From Saprolegnia diclina VS20 (lineage: Eukaryota), in assembly GCF_000281045.1 (NCBI RefSeq), contig NW_008246097.1:483911-547910 (forward strand): a stretch of 64,000 nucleotides of DNA. The letters are read 5' to 3'. A program made the position numbers and the translations under genes. Position 1 is the first letter of the stretch. Each line of letters opens with the position of its first letter. Under the pieces are notes generated by a model. The model saw nothing but the letters and a program-made list of their open reading frames with translations, had not been told where the DNA came from and did not search any database. Shown piece after piece: positions 61,009 to 64,000 of this stretch.

Positions 61009-62489
61009 GGTCAAACTGAAAATGGTTCCGAAAATCTTCAGGTTGAGGTTGGGTCGTTTCACTTGAAATGAAATTATTACTTACAAACATCAAGCTATAT
61101 ATTAAATCGGGCGAAAAAGTATCCAAAAGCAAACTCGTGTCATTCTTTTTTCGCCTCAACGGAGCGATCTTCGGCAGGTCTCGTCAGGCCCAGTGGCCAG
61201 CGCAAGACCAAGTCGGCACAGCACCACCCGTTGGCGGCCCAAACTAGAGTGGATGGACGCGGATCTGATCCACCCAAACCTGTGGTCGATTGTGAAGGTA
61301 ACCACTTTCGAGTGCTTCGATTTCCAAGCACCGACTTCGAATCCAGTCTCTAATTCCTCCTTCCATAGTGAAAGTTCCTGCATTTCTTGATGGCTTCATC
61401 TCTGCGGGTGGTTCCAACGGTTGACATTATGAAATTGACTACAAATCGACTGGAAACCACATCCCAACCGTGATGTCGCGACCAGATCTTGCCGCCCAAG
61501 AGCTTCCTTTGACGACGACCACGACGCTGCATACCCATACAGGAGGAAGCTGCCGGAGTGATGTCCGCACACACCCAGATATCGACACTGGCCGCGTCAC
61601 AGCTGCCACTCGCGCCTGGTCACAGGAATCGAATCTCGGCGAAACGAATCTGCGCCGCACACACTATTTCGAGCCACGCACGAGACCAACACGCGAGCCA
61701 AACGCTTTAAGTCGCTGTGACGAACCCCTTAGATCGACTGCAAAAGTTACGAAACAGCCAAGGCTGCATATAAGACCGGCGCCACCCAGGGGACATAATA
61801 CCACGTAATTGTGATGCGAGGCGGTGCCCAAGTTAAATACGAGAAGACTAGACACCGAGACAGGAGTTCGTCGACTTGTTCATTCGCCGGCTGCTTAGAT
61901 ATAAGACCAAGGGCGATGATAACAAATAACATGACGAGGTGCTCCGTGTTTTGCTTGCAGTCGTTGCTCCATGGTGGCGTTAGGCTGGTTTGGACTTGGC
62001 AAGAAGAGAATGCGGAGCCAACCACTGTGGCCATTAATGTGCGTCTGGGATTCGCGCGTTCCTGCCTCAAAGAAGATACTTTGTCGCGGATTCAACCTGG
62101 TTCTGGAGGTGCCACATTAAAGTGGGCGGTCTCTTCACCACGTGAGCGTGTACAGTTGGCGTGTATTCTCCATGGACGGGAAAATACACTTTAGATTTCA
62201 CCAAAGGCGCTGGTCTCCACGAGCGCTAACGCTGAGATTATGCATGGGGTGCTGCTTCCTGGAATGGAAGGTGTGCGCCAAAAAATTCAGAGTTTAATTT
62301 CGGCACCTTCGATTTTGATGCCACTTTGGTTCGCTCATTCGAATCGAAATGCCGAATTTAGGAGCGAGGGGCAACCGATTGCATGATTGGTCAAAATCGT
62401 GGGGGTTCTGAAATTGTGCGGTGGGGATTGGCTGATACGACGGGATTTTCGAAGAGCTCACCTCCTCCCTCGGCCCATTCGAAATTGGC

Positions 62490-63143
62490 ATGGGCCGTAG
62501 CAGAAGTCGTTCCCGAACCCGCTCGCGCAGCCGAAGCCACGGCCGCCGCCACCGCGGCCGTGACCGTAGCCGTGACCGCAGTCGCGACCGTAGCCGTGAC
62601 CGCAGCCGCCGCCGTGATGACGACCGCCGCCGTCCCGCGCCGGAGCCGGCGAGCCTCCTCGTCCGTGGCATCCCGCAAAACACGACGCCCGAGGATCTTC
62701 GCAAGGCGTTCACGCGCCGCGAGGGCGACATCCGGGACGCCTACATCCCGAAGGACCACATGACGGGCGAGCACCGTGGCTTCGCCTTCATCGAGTTTGC
62801 CGACATTCGTGAGGCCCGCGAGGTCAAGCACCAGATGGACCGCACACAGTTTATGGGTGTTGAAATCGGCGTCCTTTTCGCCAAGGAGCGCCGCAAGACG
62901 CCAGAGCAGATGCGTCGGCAGGAAGCCATCGATGCCCGCGCGCGCGACCGTCGCAGCCGCAGCCCCGATCGTCGCAACAGCAGCCGCGATCGCCTTCGTC
63001 GCTCGAAATCGCGCTCGCCGTCGCGGTCGCCGTCTCGTGAAAAAGCGCGTCGCAGCCAAAGCGGCAGCCCTGCCAAGCGCAAGAACTCATTCGGTATGGT
63101 CTCATCATCGCCTTCAGGAGGCGCTCATAATGTCCTGTGCTAG
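62490..63143 (+). CDS. SR-rich RRM splicing factor (SCL/SRSF10-like)
   Basis: RS repeats flanking SLLVRGIP..IRDAYIPKDHMTGEHRGFAFIEF..VLFAKERRKTPEQMR. Confidence 0.9.
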   Translation: MGRSRSRSRTRSRSRSHGRRHRGRDRSRDRSRDRSRDRSRRRDDDRRRPAPEPASLLVRGIPQNTTPEDLRKAFTRREGDIRDAYIPKDHMTGEHRGFAFIEFADIREAREVKHQMDRTQFMGVEIGVLFAKERRKTPEQMRRQEAIDARARDRRSRSPDRRNSSRDRLRRSKSRSPSRSPSREKARRSQSGSPAKRKNSFGMVSSSPSGGAHNVLC

Positions 63144-63458
63144 AGTAATGCGGATGCACCCACTTCGTACACTACGCAGCATTGTGTTGTTGGTCGCACC
63201 ACCTCTCAAACCGTGTGTAGATGCGCACGCGTCAAGGCTTCGTTAACTTGATGATCCAAGAAGAGTGTGTCTTATCATGAGTGTTCAAGTCCTTGGGCAT
63301 GGACGACGTACGTGCAAGGAAGATGGTCAAGCGCGAAGCACGCGCATCAGGATGCCCAAGGCAAAGGTGCACACGTCAAGCGCAATTCCGCTGCTTAGTA
63401 CGTAGACACACAAGCAGCCTCGACGAGTCATATTAAGCACCAATATCGACCGTATGCG

Positions 63459-64000
63459 CTAGCCGCCAATGAGGATCATGGGCCGGTTCTTGGCGCTGGC
63501 AATGCCATACATGTCGCCGTGGCCGCCGAGCGCGAACTTTTTCCGCTTCACCGCGGCCTGCACAATGAGCCGGAGCTCGTCGTCCGAGAAGCCCGCGCGG
63601 AGAGCGTCGCGGAGACTCACTTCCGTGTGGCCAAACAAACAGACCTTGAGGTTGCCGTCGGCCGTGAGCCGGAGCCGGTTGCAGCCACCGCAAAAGTGCT
63701 CGCTCATGCTCGTGATAAAGCCGAATCGACCGCGCGCGCCGTCGATCGCGTACGCCTTGGCCGTGTCGTGGTCGTCGTCGGCGAGCTTGCGCGTCCGCAG
63801 CGGGAACGCCTCTTCGATGCGCGTGAGCATCTCGCGGTACGGTACAAACGTGCGATCGCTCCACTGGTTGCTGTCGAACGGCATCCACTCGATGAAGCGG
63901 ACATCGATTGGCTTGTCGATCGTCAGCGCGACAAAGTCCGCCACTTCGGACAAGTTGAAGTCGCGCATGACGACGCAGTTGATCTTGACGGGCACGGATG
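63459..64000 (-). CDS. GTP 3',8-cyclase MOCS1A/Cnx2/MoaA, 3' part; 5' end outside the window
   Basis: [53 protein letters not shown]. Confidence 0.95.
   Translation of the reverse strand, partial: SVPVKINCVVMRDFNLSEVADFVALTIDKPIDVRFIEWMPFDSNQWSDRTFVPYREMLTRIEEAFPLRTRKLADDDHDTAKAYAIDGARGRFGFITSMSEHFCGGCNRLRLTADGNLKVCLFGHTEVSLRDALRAGFSDDELRLIVQAAVKRKKFALGGHGDMYGIASAKNRPMILIGG

Noticed and set aside
56737..64000. Pterin gene cluster (GCH1 near MOCS1A)
   Set aside because: The genes are 6 kb apart with unrelated genes between them, consistent with chance linkage in a compact genome
1..64000. CRISPR arrays, prokaryotic defence operons, transposase or reverse transcriptase genes
   Set aside because: No repeat-spacer array or such motifs seen; the window is intron-containing eukaryotic DNA

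Overview
GC-rich, gene-dense eukaryotic scaffold with two N-gaps. It is most consistent with an oomycete (Saprolegnia-like), inferred from the ~45-55 nt GT(A/G)C...YAG introns, very short intergenic gaps and CCAAT-rich promoters. I support about 31 protein-coding loci: FANCI/D2-like, OTUD6B, NEMF, SPIDR-like, LZTFL1, MINDY, FYVE-DUSP, Pol lambda, DMXL/RAV1-like, POT transporter, YwbE-ZnF, PX, lipin, INO80-derived, dynein-tail-like, PP4c, kinesin, PFK2, RPL6, UBC6, NSUN6, GCH1, TOM1-like, histidine phosphatase, SR protein, MOCS1A and several hypotheticals. The best finding is non-coding. The unusually long first intron of RPL6 holds a ~206-nt box C/D RNA whose D-box guide is antisense to the elongator tRNA-Met anticodon arm and, by the D+5 rule, targets wobble C34 (SNORD97-like). 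The second RPL6 intron is also long and structured. Other notable items are an INO80-derived pseudo-ATPase fused to two CXXC fingers and an FHA domain, a DMXL/RAV1-like protein with PDZ, DEP and C2 domains, and a recurrent TATCCGGA promoter motif. All homology calls come from motif recognition by eye, not from searches. Coordinates of multi-exon genes are gene spans, and exon boundaries are approximate.
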